NCBI GenBank assembly: GCA_019113845.1
Contig: DXGQ01000017.1
Span: 36,608 to 68,607 of the forward strand
Source of the DNA: Candidatus Anaerobutyricum avicola
GTDB taxonomy: Bacteria > Bacillota > Clostridia > Lachnospirales > Lachnospiraceae
Direction of reading: 5' to 3'
DNA length: 32,000 nucleotides
Below are positions 9,087-17,949 of this stretch, piece after piece. The notes beneath the pieces are model-generated. The model was not told the origin of the DNA. It ran no database searches and saw nothing but the letters and a program-made list of their open reading frames with translations. A program made the translations under genes and the position numbers. The first letter of the stretch is position 1. Every line of letters begins with the position of its first letter.

Positions 9087-9818
9087 ATGAAGAAGTTTAA
9101 AAAGTCAGTAAGTGTATGTGCTGCGGCTTTCGCTTTCTGCCTGGTGTTTGCACTGGGAGTGAAGGTGGATGCGGCGCAAAAGGAGCTGGAAGGCGGTATC
9201 CTCATTGACGAGGGAAACTTAACCGCAGAGACCATGGTCGGAGATATGACCACAGCGCAGTTTGCGATCTCCAGTGCAAGCTTAAGTACGGATAGTATTA
9301 CTGTACAGGTGGCTCGTCCGGCGGACGCAGATTATGTGGAAGTGGAGCTGTGTGACAGAAATGGTAATCATATCGCTTCCGATGAGGCCAGCATCTATGC
9401 TTTCTTTGATGAAGGCGTTAAGAATAACACCGTGTACATGTACCGTGCCAGAGCTTTTACGAGAGATTATGATTACACGACCAGACAGTATGTGAATACA
9501 TATGGCAACTGGTCCGGTTTCCGCACATTTGTTAAGATCAAATGCAAGGGCATGAAGTCCACCGGCTATGGCAGCAGCAAGCGTGTGACCTTTAAGACTC
9601 CGAAGATCAAGGGTGTCAAGAAGTTTAACGTCACCATGTCGACAAAGAGGGATAAAGGTTTTAAGAAGGTTGCCACAGTGAAACCTGGTAAGAGAGTTAC
9701 CGTAACGAAGTTTAACAAGAAGAACCTGAAACGTTTTAAGAGCTATTATTTCAGAGTCATTCCGAAGATGAGCAATAATCTCACCAGCGATCTGTACGGA
9801 ACGATCACAGCGTATTAG
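9087..9818 (+). CDS. Secreted protein of unknown function, two FN3-like beta-rich segments, Lys-rich C-terminus
   Basis: The ATG at 9087 lies 7 nt after AAGGAG. The signal peptide is MKKFKKSVSVCAAAFAFCLVFALGVKVDA|AQ. The rest is beta-strand-like, with KxVTxK / YYFRV patterns as in clostridial surface-protein FN3-like modules. Confidence 0.7.
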   Translation: MKKFKKSVSVCAAAFAFCLVFALGVKVDAAQKELEGGILIDEGNLTAETMVGDMTTAQFAISSASLSTDSITVQVARPADADYVEVELCDRNGNHIASDEASIYAFFDEGVKNNTVYMYRARAFTRDYDYTTRQYVNTYGNWSGFRTFVKIKCKGMKSTGYGSSKRVTFKTPKIKGVKKFNVTMSTKRDKGFKKVATVKPGKRVTVTKFNKKNLKRFKSYYFRVIPKMSNNLTSDLYGTITAY

Positions 9819-9892
9819 ATTTTTTTATGAGAAGCAGACTGGTTTCTCCGGAATCTGAATGGAGAAGGGGACCTGCAGATATAAGAAATGAA

Positions 9893-9938
9893 CAGAAAAA
9901 GACCTCCGGACAAGAGATGATCCGGAGGTCTTTTTCTG
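9893..9938. terminator. Bidirectional terminator between the 9087 gene and convergent pckA
   Basis: An 18-bp stem CAGAAAAAGACCTCCGGA (9893-9910) / TCCGGAGGTCTTTTTCTG (9921-9938) has a 10-nt loop. A- and T-runs flank the GC core on both strands. Confidence 0.85.
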
Positions 9939-9947
9939 TCAGTAAGA

Positions 9948-11537
9948 TTACTCTGCTTTCGGGCCGGCTGCTTTAATGTTCTCCGGCATGTTCGGGTATT
10001 TCTTCTCGAAGTTATCCTGGAACATTTTGGCAAGCTTCTTAGCCTGTGCATCGTAAGCGTCTTTGTCTGCCCATGTATCACGAGGATTCATGATCTCGGA
10101 TGGAACATCCGGGCAACTCTGCGGGATATCCAGATTGAAGATATCGTCATGTTTGTATTCCACGTTGTCAAAGCTTCCGTTTAATGCGGCAGTTACCATG
10201 GCACGGGTATATTTCAGTTTCATACGGCTTCCGACTCCGTAAGGGCCGCCGGTCCATCCTGTGTTTACCAGATATACTTTGGTGTTGTATTTTTCGATTC
10301 TCTCACCAAGCATGTTTGCGTATACGGATGGGTCCATTGGCATGAACGGCTCACCGAATAAGGTGGAGAAGGTCGGCTGTGGTTCGGTGATTCCACGCTC
10401 GGTTCCTGCCAGTTTGGAGGTAAATCCTGTTACAAAGTGATACATAGCGGCGTCGTTATCCAGTCTTGCGATCGGAGGAAGTACGCCGAATGCGTCGGCT
10501 GTCAGGAAGATGACAACCTTCGGGATACCGCCAACGCCCGGTACCTGCGCGTTGGAGATAAAGTCTACCGGGTAACCGACACGAGTGTTCTCTGTGAGAG
10601 AATCATCCGTGAAGTCAAACTCGCGGGTCTCTTCGTCCATCACTACATTTTCCACAAGGCTGCCGAACTTGATCGCGTTGTAGATCTCCGGTTCGTTCTC
10701 CTCGGTAAGGTCGATACATTTTGCGTAGCAGCCGCCCTCGAAGTTGAAGATACCTCTGTCGGACCAGCCGTGCTCGTCGTCGCCGATCAGCTTACGGTTC
10801 GGGTCAGCGGAAAGAGTTGTCTTTCCTGTTCCGGACAGACCGAAGAATACGGCAGTCTCCTGTGTCTCAGGATCCATGTTGGCGGAGCAGTGCATTGGAA
10901 GAACGCCTTCCTTCGGCATCAGGTAGTTCATTACGGAGAAGACAGATTTCTTGATCTCTCCGGAATACTGAGAACCGCAGATGACAACTAATTTTTCCTC
11001 GTAGTTCACCATGATGGCTGCCTCGGAGTTGGTTCCGTCGATCTCCGGTACGCATTTGAATCCCGGAGCGGCGATGATGGTGAAGTCAGGCTCGCCGAAG
11101 TTGGCAAGTTCTTCTGCTGTCGGACGGATCAGCAGATCGCGGATGAACAGATTCTGGCTTGCCAGCTCGTTCACGATACGGAACTTTCTGGTGCAGACCG
11201 GATCTGCGCCTGCCATACCGTCAAATAAGAAGATCTCTCTGTTCTGAAGATATGCGATCACTTTTGCCTTGATGGCGTCGAATTTCTCTTTTTCGATCGG
11301 AACGTTCACGCTGCCCCATGCGATGTCGTCATGGATGGCCGGTGTATCTACGATAAATTTATCTTTTGGGGAACGTCCGGTGTATTTACCTGTGGTTACA
11401 ACTAAAGCACCTTTGTTGGAAAGCTTTCCTTCGCCTCTGGCGAGAGCTGCCTCGGTAAGCTGTGCAGGTGTCAGATTACGGTAGACTGCTTTTGGGTTCG
11501 CAATGCCCAATTTCTCAAGACCAAATGTTTCCATCAT
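9948..11537 (-). CDS. pckA: Phosphoenolpyruvate carboxykinase (ATP)
   Basis: Full-length similarity by eye to ATP-dependent PEPCK, including FFGLSGTGKTTLS (kinase-1a) and GGPYGVG. The start is re-set to MMETFGLEK, whose ATG (11537-11535) lies 5 nt after AGGAGG (RC of 11543-11548). Confidence 0.93.
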   Translation of the reverse strand: MMETFGLEKLGIANPKAVYRNLTPAQLTEAALARGEGKLSNKGALVVTTGKYTGRSPKDKFIVDTPAIHDDIAWGSVNVPIEKEKFDAIKAKVIAYLQNREIFLFDGMAGADPVCTRKFRIVNELASQNLFIRDLLIRPTAEELANFGEPDFTIIAAPGFKCVPEIDGTNSEAAIMVNYEEKLVVICGSQYSGEIKKSVFSVMNYLMPKEGVLPMHCSANMDPETQETAVFFGLSGTGKTTLSADPNRKLIGDDEHGWSDRGIFNFEGGCYAKCIDLTEENEPEIYNAIKFGSLVENVVMDEETREFDFTDDSLTENTRVGYPVDFISNAQVPGVGGIPKVVIFLTADAFGVLPPIARLDNDAAMYHFVTGFTSKLAGTERGITEPQPTFSTLFGEPFMPMDPSVYANMLGERIEKYNTKVYLVNTGWTGGPYGVGSRMKLKYTRAMVTAALNGSFDNVEYKHDDIFNLDIPQSCPDVPSEIMNPRDTWADKDAYDAQAKKLAKMFQDNFEKKYPNMPENIKAAGPKAE

Positions 11538-11648
11538 AATAACCTCCTGAATATGTTCTGTCATTTGCTGTGTCAACACACTAAAGTGAAGATTTTGCAA
11601 GATTCTTTATAAAATGTTGCAAAATCGTCTTTTCTCTCATACAGGGGT

Positions 11649-11676
11649 ATTATACACTCTTTTCGGCATTTTTCAA
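11649..11676 (-). promoter_or_regulatory. Candidate sigma-A promoter of pckA
   Basis: On the minus strand: TTGAAA (RC of 11671-11676), a 16-nt spacer, then TATAAT (RC of 11649-11654). This would give a 5' UTR of about 100 nt. Confidence 0.45.
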
Positions 11677-11798
11677 ACATAAAATTCAAGTTTATGGAAG
11701 AAATTTTTCTGACCGTCTCTTTCATTTTTGAAGGAAGGAAGAAAAGAAACGGGAAAATCCTTCATTTGAAACTTCATTTATTCAGTCATCAGCAGGGA

Positions 11799-13697
11799 TC
11801 ATTCCGTGATCGCCGAAGAAACCCGCTCTTTGAGAAGAGGGAAGGAACAGGAGCCGCAGGTGAGGACGGCTTCGTGGAATTCCTGCACGTCAAAACGACT
11901 GCCGAGTTCCTTTTCCATGGTGTTTCGAAGCTGTTCTAATTCGTACCAGCCGATGCTGTAGGACAGATAGGTGGTCGGATTCTCGATGACGTACTCATAG
12001 AGGGAGCGGGCGCCTTCCGCTGTTACGCCGTAGGCAGACAGGTATTCGGCCAGCGCTTCCGGGGTATAATTTTCATAGTTGACATACAGGTCGCTTAAAG
12101 CTGCCAGCGATAAGGACAGGATGTCATTGTCCCGGTACAGCTGCTGAAGGAGGGATTCCGTCTCCCGGCTCACACCGGCAAACTCCAGATAATTGTAGCT
12201 GTAAAGCTGGGCGTAGGTGCCCCAGCCTTCATCGTATCCGTCGCAGCGGAGCATGGAGCGAAGCGGTTCCGGATCGGTACTCAGATAGTAGTTGGTCTGG
12301 TACAGATGACCCGGATACCCCTCGTGGGCGAGGGTGGAGAACTGGTCTTCGGGGCTGACCCGGCTCTGATTGAGGTAAATGATGTTGGCATCCTCGCTGT
12401 CTACAGGCGGCAGGAGATAGAAAGCGCTGGCGGAGGTGGACGAGAGGGCGTCCGGCACATTTTTTAAGGTGTAGGCGACGTCCGGCGGTTCCGGAAAGTC
12501 GATCAGGGTGTCATTTTCCAGCTCGGTGAGTATCTGCTGCGAGTCGGTAAGGAGCGGCCGGGCGGAGAGATATTCCGTATAAAGATCCGCGTTCTCCCGG
12601 GTGAGGCTGGCGATATCCGAGACGGTATCCTTTAGAGTGCCTTCCAGAGCGTCGATGCACTGCTCCGGACTTTTGTCCGTTCCCACGTTGGCGGATAGAA
12701 GCAGCTCGTAATATTCTCTGCCGCCGTAATACTGGCAGAGCCGCTCTCTGCCGGCATCTGTTCTGCCGGGATCGTTTTCCTGACCGGCCGGGCGGGAGCT
12801 GCCGGAGCTGTTGTCAGCGGCGGATGTATCAGTGCCAGCCTCCTGATAGTTTTCCAAGGAATCCCGGAGAGAAGTAAACGCCGGAAGAACGACCTGACGC
12901 ACCAGGGAGCGGTTGTTGTTGATATAGGTCTGCTTCTGGTCCTTGCCCAGGTCCGGCACATTTTCTATCTTTTCCTCGAAGGTTTCGATGAGCAGGTTAT
13001 CGTCCTCGGAGGCGGAGAGGAACTGTTCGATCTGATCGATGGTGTTTTCAATGACGAAGTCCGGGCTTACGATCCCGGCGTCCCGGCGCGCATTTTCAAA
13101 GGCGAGAAGCTGGTCGAAAAGTTCCGGAATCTGATTGACCAGAGCGAGATAGTTTACAATGTCTTTCTCATCGTCAAAGTAATACTCGGACAGGGTCACG
13201 GGGATCTGAGACTGCATGCCGTTGGCGCCAAAAGGTGACTGGAACAAAAGAAAGTCTTCGGAGGAGACGGAGGCTTCCAGCGCTTCCTCAAAAATCTGCC
13301 AGGTGAAGGCGTCTTCCTCCGACAGAGAGTCCGGGTCAAAAGAGCGCAGTTCTTCCAGCAATTCGGCGGAACGCTGACAGTTTTCCTGCTGCTTTTCCAG
13401 AGAAAAATCTCCGTAGGAGGCCGGTTCTTCTGCCGTGATGCCGAAGGCAGACGGGTCGGAAAGTTTAAAATGCAGGGTGACGGTGTCGGCAGTCACATAT
13501 TCCTGAAAGCAGTCGGAAAGAAAGGCGTCAAACTGCTTTTGCGTCTCCGGATTGCTGCCGCCGCAGCCGGTGAGACAAAATGATAAAATAAGGACGACTG
13601 CTGCCCGGTAAGAGGAAACAGGTAAAATCGTCTTAAAAGAAGACCGGAGATACCGGACAAAGCGGGTGAAAAATGTGAAATGTCGGATGCGTGGCAT
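11799..13697 (-). CDS. DUF885-family lipoprotein (metallopeptidase-like fold, HEGYPGH motif)
   Basis: It has the motif LAHEGYPGHLYQ and the general DUF885 layout. The N-terminus MPRIRHF...VVLILSFCLTGCGG carries a lipobox (LTGC). The start is set to Met10 of the ORF-track protein, which has GGAAGGGAG 9 nt upstream. Confidence 0.8.
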   Translation of the reverse strand: MPRIRHFTFFTRFVRYLRSSFKTILPVSSYRAAVVLILSFCLTGCGGSNPETQKQFDAFLSDCFQEYVTADTVTLHFKLSDPSAFGITAEEPASYGDFSLEKQQENCQRSAELLEELRSFDPDSLSEEDAFTWQIFEEALEASVSSEDFLLFQSPFGANGMQSQIPVTLSEYYFDDEKDIVNYLALVNQIPELFDQLLAFENARRDAGIVSPDFVIENTIDQIEQFLSASEDDNLLIETFEEKIENVPDLGKDQKQTYINNNRSLVRQVVLPAFTSLRDSLENYQEAGTDTSAADNSSGSSRPAGQENDPGRTDAGRERLCQYYGGREYYELLLSANVGTDKSPEQCIDALEGTLKDTVSDIASLTRENADLYTEYLSARPLLTDSQQILTELENDTLIDFPEPPDVAYTLKNVPDALSSTSASAFYLLPPVDSEDANIIYLNQSRVSPEDQFSTLAHEGYPGHLYQTNYYLSTDPEPLRSMLRCDGYDEGWGTYAQLYSYNYLEFAGVSRETESLLQQLYRDNDILSLSLAALSDLYVNYENYTPEALAEYLSAYGVTAEGARSLYEYVIENPTTYLSYSIGWYELEQLRNTMEKELGSRFDVQEFHEAVLTCGSCSFPLLKERVSSAITE

Positions 13698-13973
13698 AGC
13701 GGTTGGCTCCCTTCCATGAATCATTCTGGTAATGGTTTTCCATATTATACTATGTTTTGGAACCGAAAACTATTAATTTTTCAGTAATTTGACCATAGAC
13801 GAACAGACGTGTTTATTCTATAATAAGAAAATACGCAAAAGAAACGCCGGTACGCGGCATGTTTTCTGAAAATTATGGCGGCACAGCGTCATGAGAGAGA
13901 CACATTTTCACAGAAAACATGGTGGTCTGAGGAGCGATGACCGGCGTACAAATTGAGAAGCAGGAGGCAGAAT

Positions 13974-15938
13974 ATGAGTAAAAAACCATATTATATTACA
14001 ACAGCGATCGCATATACATCCGGCAAACCGCACATCGGCAACACGTATGAGATCGTGCTGGCTGACGCTATTGCCAGATTTAAAAGAAAAGAAGGCTATG
14101 ACGTTCGTTTCCAGACCGGAACCGACGAACACGGACAGAAGATTGAGTTAAAGGCGGAGGAAGCAGGCGTTTCCCCGAAGGAGTTTGTAGATCAGACAGC
14201 CGGAGAGATCAAGAGGATCTGGGATCTGATGAACACTTCCTACGATAAGTTTATCCGTACCACCGACCCGGATCATGAAAAACAGGTACAGAAGATCTTT
14301 AAGAAGCTCTATGACCAGGGGGACATCTACAAGGGATATTATGAGGGAATGTACTGTACCCCTTGCGAGTCTTTCTTCACAGAGTCCCAGCTCGTGGATG
14401 GCAAATGTCCGGACTGCGGTCGTCCTTGCCAGCCGGCAAAGGAAGAGGCATATTTCTTCAAGATGAGCAAATATGCGGACCGTCTGATCCAGTATATCAA
14501 TGAGCATCCGGAATTCATTCAGCCGGAGTCCCGCAAAAACGAGATGATGAACAACTTCCTGCTTCCGGGACTTCAGGACTTATGCGTGTCCCGTACTTCA
14601 TTCTCCTGGGGTATTCCGGTGGACTTCGACCCGAAACATGTGGTTTACGTATGGCTGGACGCCCTGACCAACTATATCACCGGTCTTGGCTATGATGTGG
14701 ACGGCGACAACGACGCTTTATTCGAGAAATACTGGCCGGCAGACCTCCATCTGATCGGCAAGGATATCATCCGTTTCCACACCATTTACTGGCCGATCTT
14801 CCTGATGGCCCTCGATCTGCCGCTGCCAAAGCAGGTGTTCGGACATCCGTGGCTGCTGCAGGGCGACGGCAAGATGAGCAAGTCCAAAGGAAATGTGATC
14901 TACGCCGACGACATGGCGGATATGTTCGGTGTGGATGCGGTGCGTTACTTCGTTCTTCACGAGATGCCGTTCGAGAACGACGGTGTGATCACTTGGGAGC
15001 TCATAGTGGAGCGTATGAATTCCGATCTTGCCAACACCCTGGGTAATCTGGTAAATCGTACCATTTCCATGTCCAACAAATATTTCGGCGGTGTGGTCGC
15101 CAACTGCGGTGTCACCGACGGATTCGATAAAGACCTGATCACCGTTGCGTTGAGTACAAAGCACAATGTCATCAGAAAGATGGAGAAGCTTCGTGTCGCC
15201 GATGCCATGACAGAGATTTTCAACCTGTTCAAGCGCTGCAACAAATATATCGACGAGACGATGCCTTGGGCGCTGGCAAAGGACCCGGAAAAGAAAGAGA
15301 GATTATCCACTGTCCTCTATAACCTGGTGGAGAGCATCACCATCGGCGCTTCCCTGCTGGCTCCGTTCATGCCGGAGACTGCACAGCGCATCTTCAAACA
15401 GCTCAATTCTTCTGAGAGAACGATGGACGAGCTGGAAATGTTCGGTCTGTACAAGTCCGGCAACAAAGTTGTGGAAAAACCGGAGATCCTGTTCGCGAGA
15501 CTGGATGTGAAAGAAGTTCTTGCAAAGGTAGAGGAAATGTATGCGTCAAGAGCGCAGGCAGAAGGCGCTGAAGATGCGGAGGAAGAGCCGGTCATTGACA
15601 TCGAGGCGAAGCCGGAGATCACATTTGAAGAGTTTGAGAAAATGCAGTTCCAGGTAGGCGAGATCATCTCCTGCGATGCGGTGAAGAAGTCCAAAAAGCT
15701 GCTCTGTTCTCAGGTGAAGATCGGCAGCCAGGTAAAACAGATCGTGTCCGGCATCAAAGCTCACTACACACCGGAAGAGATGGTCGGCAAGAAGGTGATG
15801 GTTCTTGTGAACCTGAAACCGGCGAAGCTTGCCGGCGTGCTGTCCGAGGGAATGATCCTCTGCACGGAAGATGAGAACGGAGAGTTATCCCTCATGGTTC
15901 CGGAGAAGAAGATGCCGGCCGGAGCGGAGATCTGCTGA
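13974..15938 (+). CDS. metG: Methionine--tRNA ligase with C-terminal Trbp111/EMAPII-like tRNA-binding domain
   Basis: HIGH motif GKPHIGNTYE, KMSKS motif DGKMSKSKGN and zinc knuckles CTPCESF...CPDCG are present. The C-terminal OB domain reads FEKMQFQVGEIISC...VNLKPAKLAGVLSEGMIL. The start is re-set to the ATG at 13974, which follows GCAGGAGGCAGAAT. Confidence 0.95.
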   Translation: MSKKPYYITTAIAYTSGKPHIGNTYEIVLADAIARFKRKEGYDVRFQTGTDEHGQKIELKAEEAGVSPKEFVDQTAGEIKRIWDLMNTSYDKFIRTTDPDHEKQVQKIFKKLYDQGDIYKGYYEGMYCTPCESFFTESQLVDGKCPDCGRPCQPAKEEAYFFKMSKYADRLIQYINEHPEFIQPESRKNEMMNNFLLPGLQDLCVSRTSFSWGIPVDFDPKHVVYVWLDALTNYITGLGYDVDGDNDALFEKYWPADLHLIGKDIIRFHTIYWPIFLMALDLPLPKQVFGHPWLLQGDGKMSKSKGNVIYADDMADMFGVDAVRYFVLHEMPFENDGVITWELIVERMNSDLANTLGNLVNRTISMSNKYFGGVVANCGVTDGFDKDLITVALSTKHNVIRKMEKLRVADAMTEIFNLFKRCNKYIDETMPWALAKDPEKKERLSTVLYNLVESITIGASLLAPFMPETAQRIFKQLNSSERTMDELEMFGLYKSGNKVVEKPEILFARLDVKEVLAKVEEMYASRAQAEGAEDAEEEPVIDIEAKPEITFEEFEKMQFQVGEIISCDAVKKSKKLLCSQVKIGSQVKQIVSGIKAHYTPEEMVGKKVMVLVNLKPAKLAGVLSEGMILCTEDENGELSLMVPEKKMPAGAEIC

Positions 15939-16176
15939 TAGAACACATTTGTTAAGATCAAAATAAATAAGAGCTGCTGCTCAGAGAGGATATGTTTTCG
16001 GGCGATAAGTGACAAGTAATCTCTTATCGGTCCCGGCGACATACCGTCTCCATATGAGCGGCAGTTTTTTTCGTTACTATCTTTTTTTGTCAATGTGGGG
16101 TATGATAGACCTCAGGATGAAATTGAGATGATAGCCGGAAGTGTGGTTGTCTGGTGAGAAAACAGGAGATGAGATT

Positions 16177-16944
16177 ATGATTTTTGACTCACATGCGCAT
16201 TATGATGATAAACAGTTTGATGAGGACCGGGAAGCGGTCTTTGCACAGTTAAAAGAAGTCGGCGTGGAGCGCGTCGTCAATATCAGCAACGGCTGGGACG
16301 ATATGCTGCGCTCTCTCAAACTGGTTGAGCAGTACCCTTTTCTGTACGGGACGGTGGGCATCCATCCGTGCAAGGTCAGTGATCTGAACGAAGAGAGGAT
16401 GTCGAAGCTGCGGGAACTCTGCCACAAAGAGAAGATCGTTGCCGTGGGAGAGATCGGTCTGGATTATTACTGGATGAGTGACCCGAAGGAAGTGCAGAAG
16501 GAATGGTTTATCCGTCAGCTCCATCTGGCAAAAGAGGAGGATCTTCCGGTGGTCATTCACAGCCGGGACGCCTCCCAGGATACCTTTGATATCATGAAGC
16601 GGGAACACGCCGGAACGACCGGCGGCGTCATCCACTGCTATTCCGGATCTCTGGAGATGGCGAGGGAGTATGTAAAACTTGGCTACTATCTGGGAATCGG
16701 CGGTGTGGTCACATTTAAAAACTCCAAAGTATTAAAACGGGTGGCGGCGGAGATCCCGCTGGAACATATCGTGGTGGAGACGGACTGCCCGTATCTGGCG
16801 CCGACGCCGTATCGCGGAAAACGAAACAGTTCGGCATACCTTCCTCTGGTGATCGAAGAGATCGCGGATCTCCGGGGCATTTCCACAGACGAGGTGGAGC
16901 AGGTGACTTATGAAAACGCCTGCCGGTTGTATCATATACAGTAA
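16177..16944 (+). CDS. tatD: TatD-family metal-dependent hydrolase (DNase)
   Basis: It starts MIFDSHAHYDD, with GEIGLDYYW, VIHSRDA and ETDCPYLAP. The start is the ATG at 16177 after AACAGGAG. The gene lies downstream of metG, as in Bacillus (metS-yabD). Confidence 0.9.
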   Translation: MIFDSHAHYDDKQFDEDREAVFAQLKEVGVERVVNISNGWDDMLRSLKLVEQYPFLYGTVGIHPCKVSDLNEERMSKLRELCHKEKIVAVGEIGLDYYWMSDPKEVQKEWFIRQLHLAKEEDLPVVIHSRDASQDTFDIMKREHAGTTGGVIHCYSGSLEMAREYVKLGYYLGIGGVVTFKNSKVLKRVAAEIPLEHIVVETDCPYLAPTPYRGKRNSSAYLPLVIEEIADLRGISTDEVEQVTYENACRLYHIQ

Positions 16945-17042
16945 CGTTATATATAAAAAATATAAAACACGCACAGACAGGAGATATGGCCGGGCATTGG
17001 CATGCGGCCGTGGTCTGTCAGTGTCAGAAAAGGAGACAAAAT

Positions 17043-17906
17043 ATGGCGACATTAGGAAACCCGCAGGAGACCATCGAGGTTCTTCAAAAATACGGATTTA
17101 ATTTTCAGAAAAAGTTTGGGCAGAACTTCCTGATCGACACCCATGTGCTGGATAAGATCATCGCCGCCGCCGAGATTGGTCCCGACGACTTTGTGCTGGA
17201 GATCGGTCCGGGTATCGGTACCATGACTCAGTATCTGGCGGAAGCAGCGAGGGAAGTGACGGCCGTGGAGATTGACCGGAATCTGATCCCGATTCTTGAC
17301 GATACTCTCTCGGCATATTCCAATGTGACGGTTATCAATGAGGACATTTTAAAGGTCGATATCGCGGCGCTGGCCCGGGAGAAAAACGGAGGAAAGCCGA
17401 TCAAGGTGGTGGCGAATCTTCCATATTATATTACGACGCCGATCATCATGGGATTGTTTGAGAGTGACGTGCCGCTTTCTTCCATCACTGTCATGGTCCA
17501 GAAAGAAGTGGCGGACCGGATGCAGACCGGTCCCGGTTCCAAGGACTACGGCGCGCTCTCACTGGCAGTACAGTACTACGCCAAACCTTATATCGCAGCA
17601 AATGTACCGCCAAACTGTTTTATACCGCGCCCGGCGGTGGGCTCCGCGGTGATTCGTCTGACCCGCCACGAGAAACCGCCGGTTGACGTCAGGGATCCGA
17701 AGTTTATGTTCCGGCTGATCCGCGCGTCCTTCAACCAGCGGAGGAAAACTTTGCAGAACGGTCTTCACAATGCGGCAGATCTGCAGATTCCAAAGGAAAA
17801 GGTTGTAAAAGCGCTGGAAGAGATGGGACTGCCGGCATCTGTCCGGGGCGAGAAACTGGATCTTAAGCAGTTTGCCAGACTGGCGGATCTGCTCGGGGAG
17901 TCATAA
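17043..17906 (+). CDS. rsmA: 16S rRNA (adenine1518-N6/adenine1519-N6)-dimethyltransferase
   Basis: KKFGQNFL, the SAM-binding LEIGPGIGTMT and VANLPYYITTPI are present. The start ATG at 17043 follows AAAAGGAGACAAAAT. Confidence 0.93.
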   Translation: MATLGNPQETIEVLQKYGFNFQKKFGQNFLIDTHVLDKIIAAAEIGPDDFVLEIGPGIGTMTQYLAEAAREVTAVEIDRNLIPILDDTLSAYSNVTVINEDILKVDIAALAREKNGGKPIKVVANLPYYITTPIIMGLFESDVPLSSITVMVQKEVADRMQTGPGSKDYGALSLAVQYYAKPYIAANVPPNCFIPRPAVGSAVIRLTRHEKPPVDVRDPKFMFRLIRASFNQRRKTLQNGLHNAADLQIPKEKVVKALEEMGLPASVRGEKLDLKQFARLADLLGES

Positions 17907-17949
17907 TCTGTGACACGAAGAATAGACTAATGAAAAAAGGAGTTTTTTC

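Noticed and set aside
13725-13973. T-box upstream of metG
   Set aside because: GGTGGT occurs at 13922-13927, but it is not followed by ACCGCG. There is no terminator or antiterminator pair, and the leader is too short for stems I-III.
15971-16073. Possible structured RNA or complex terminator after metG. CTGCTGCTC (15974-15982) could pair with GAGCGGCAG (16057-16065) before a T7 run, enclosing an 11-bp bulged hairpin at 15999-16035.
   Set aside because: The long-range pairing has a mismatch and spans about 90 nt. No recognisable family is evident. It may simply be a composite metG terminator, and the evidence is too thin to call a feature.
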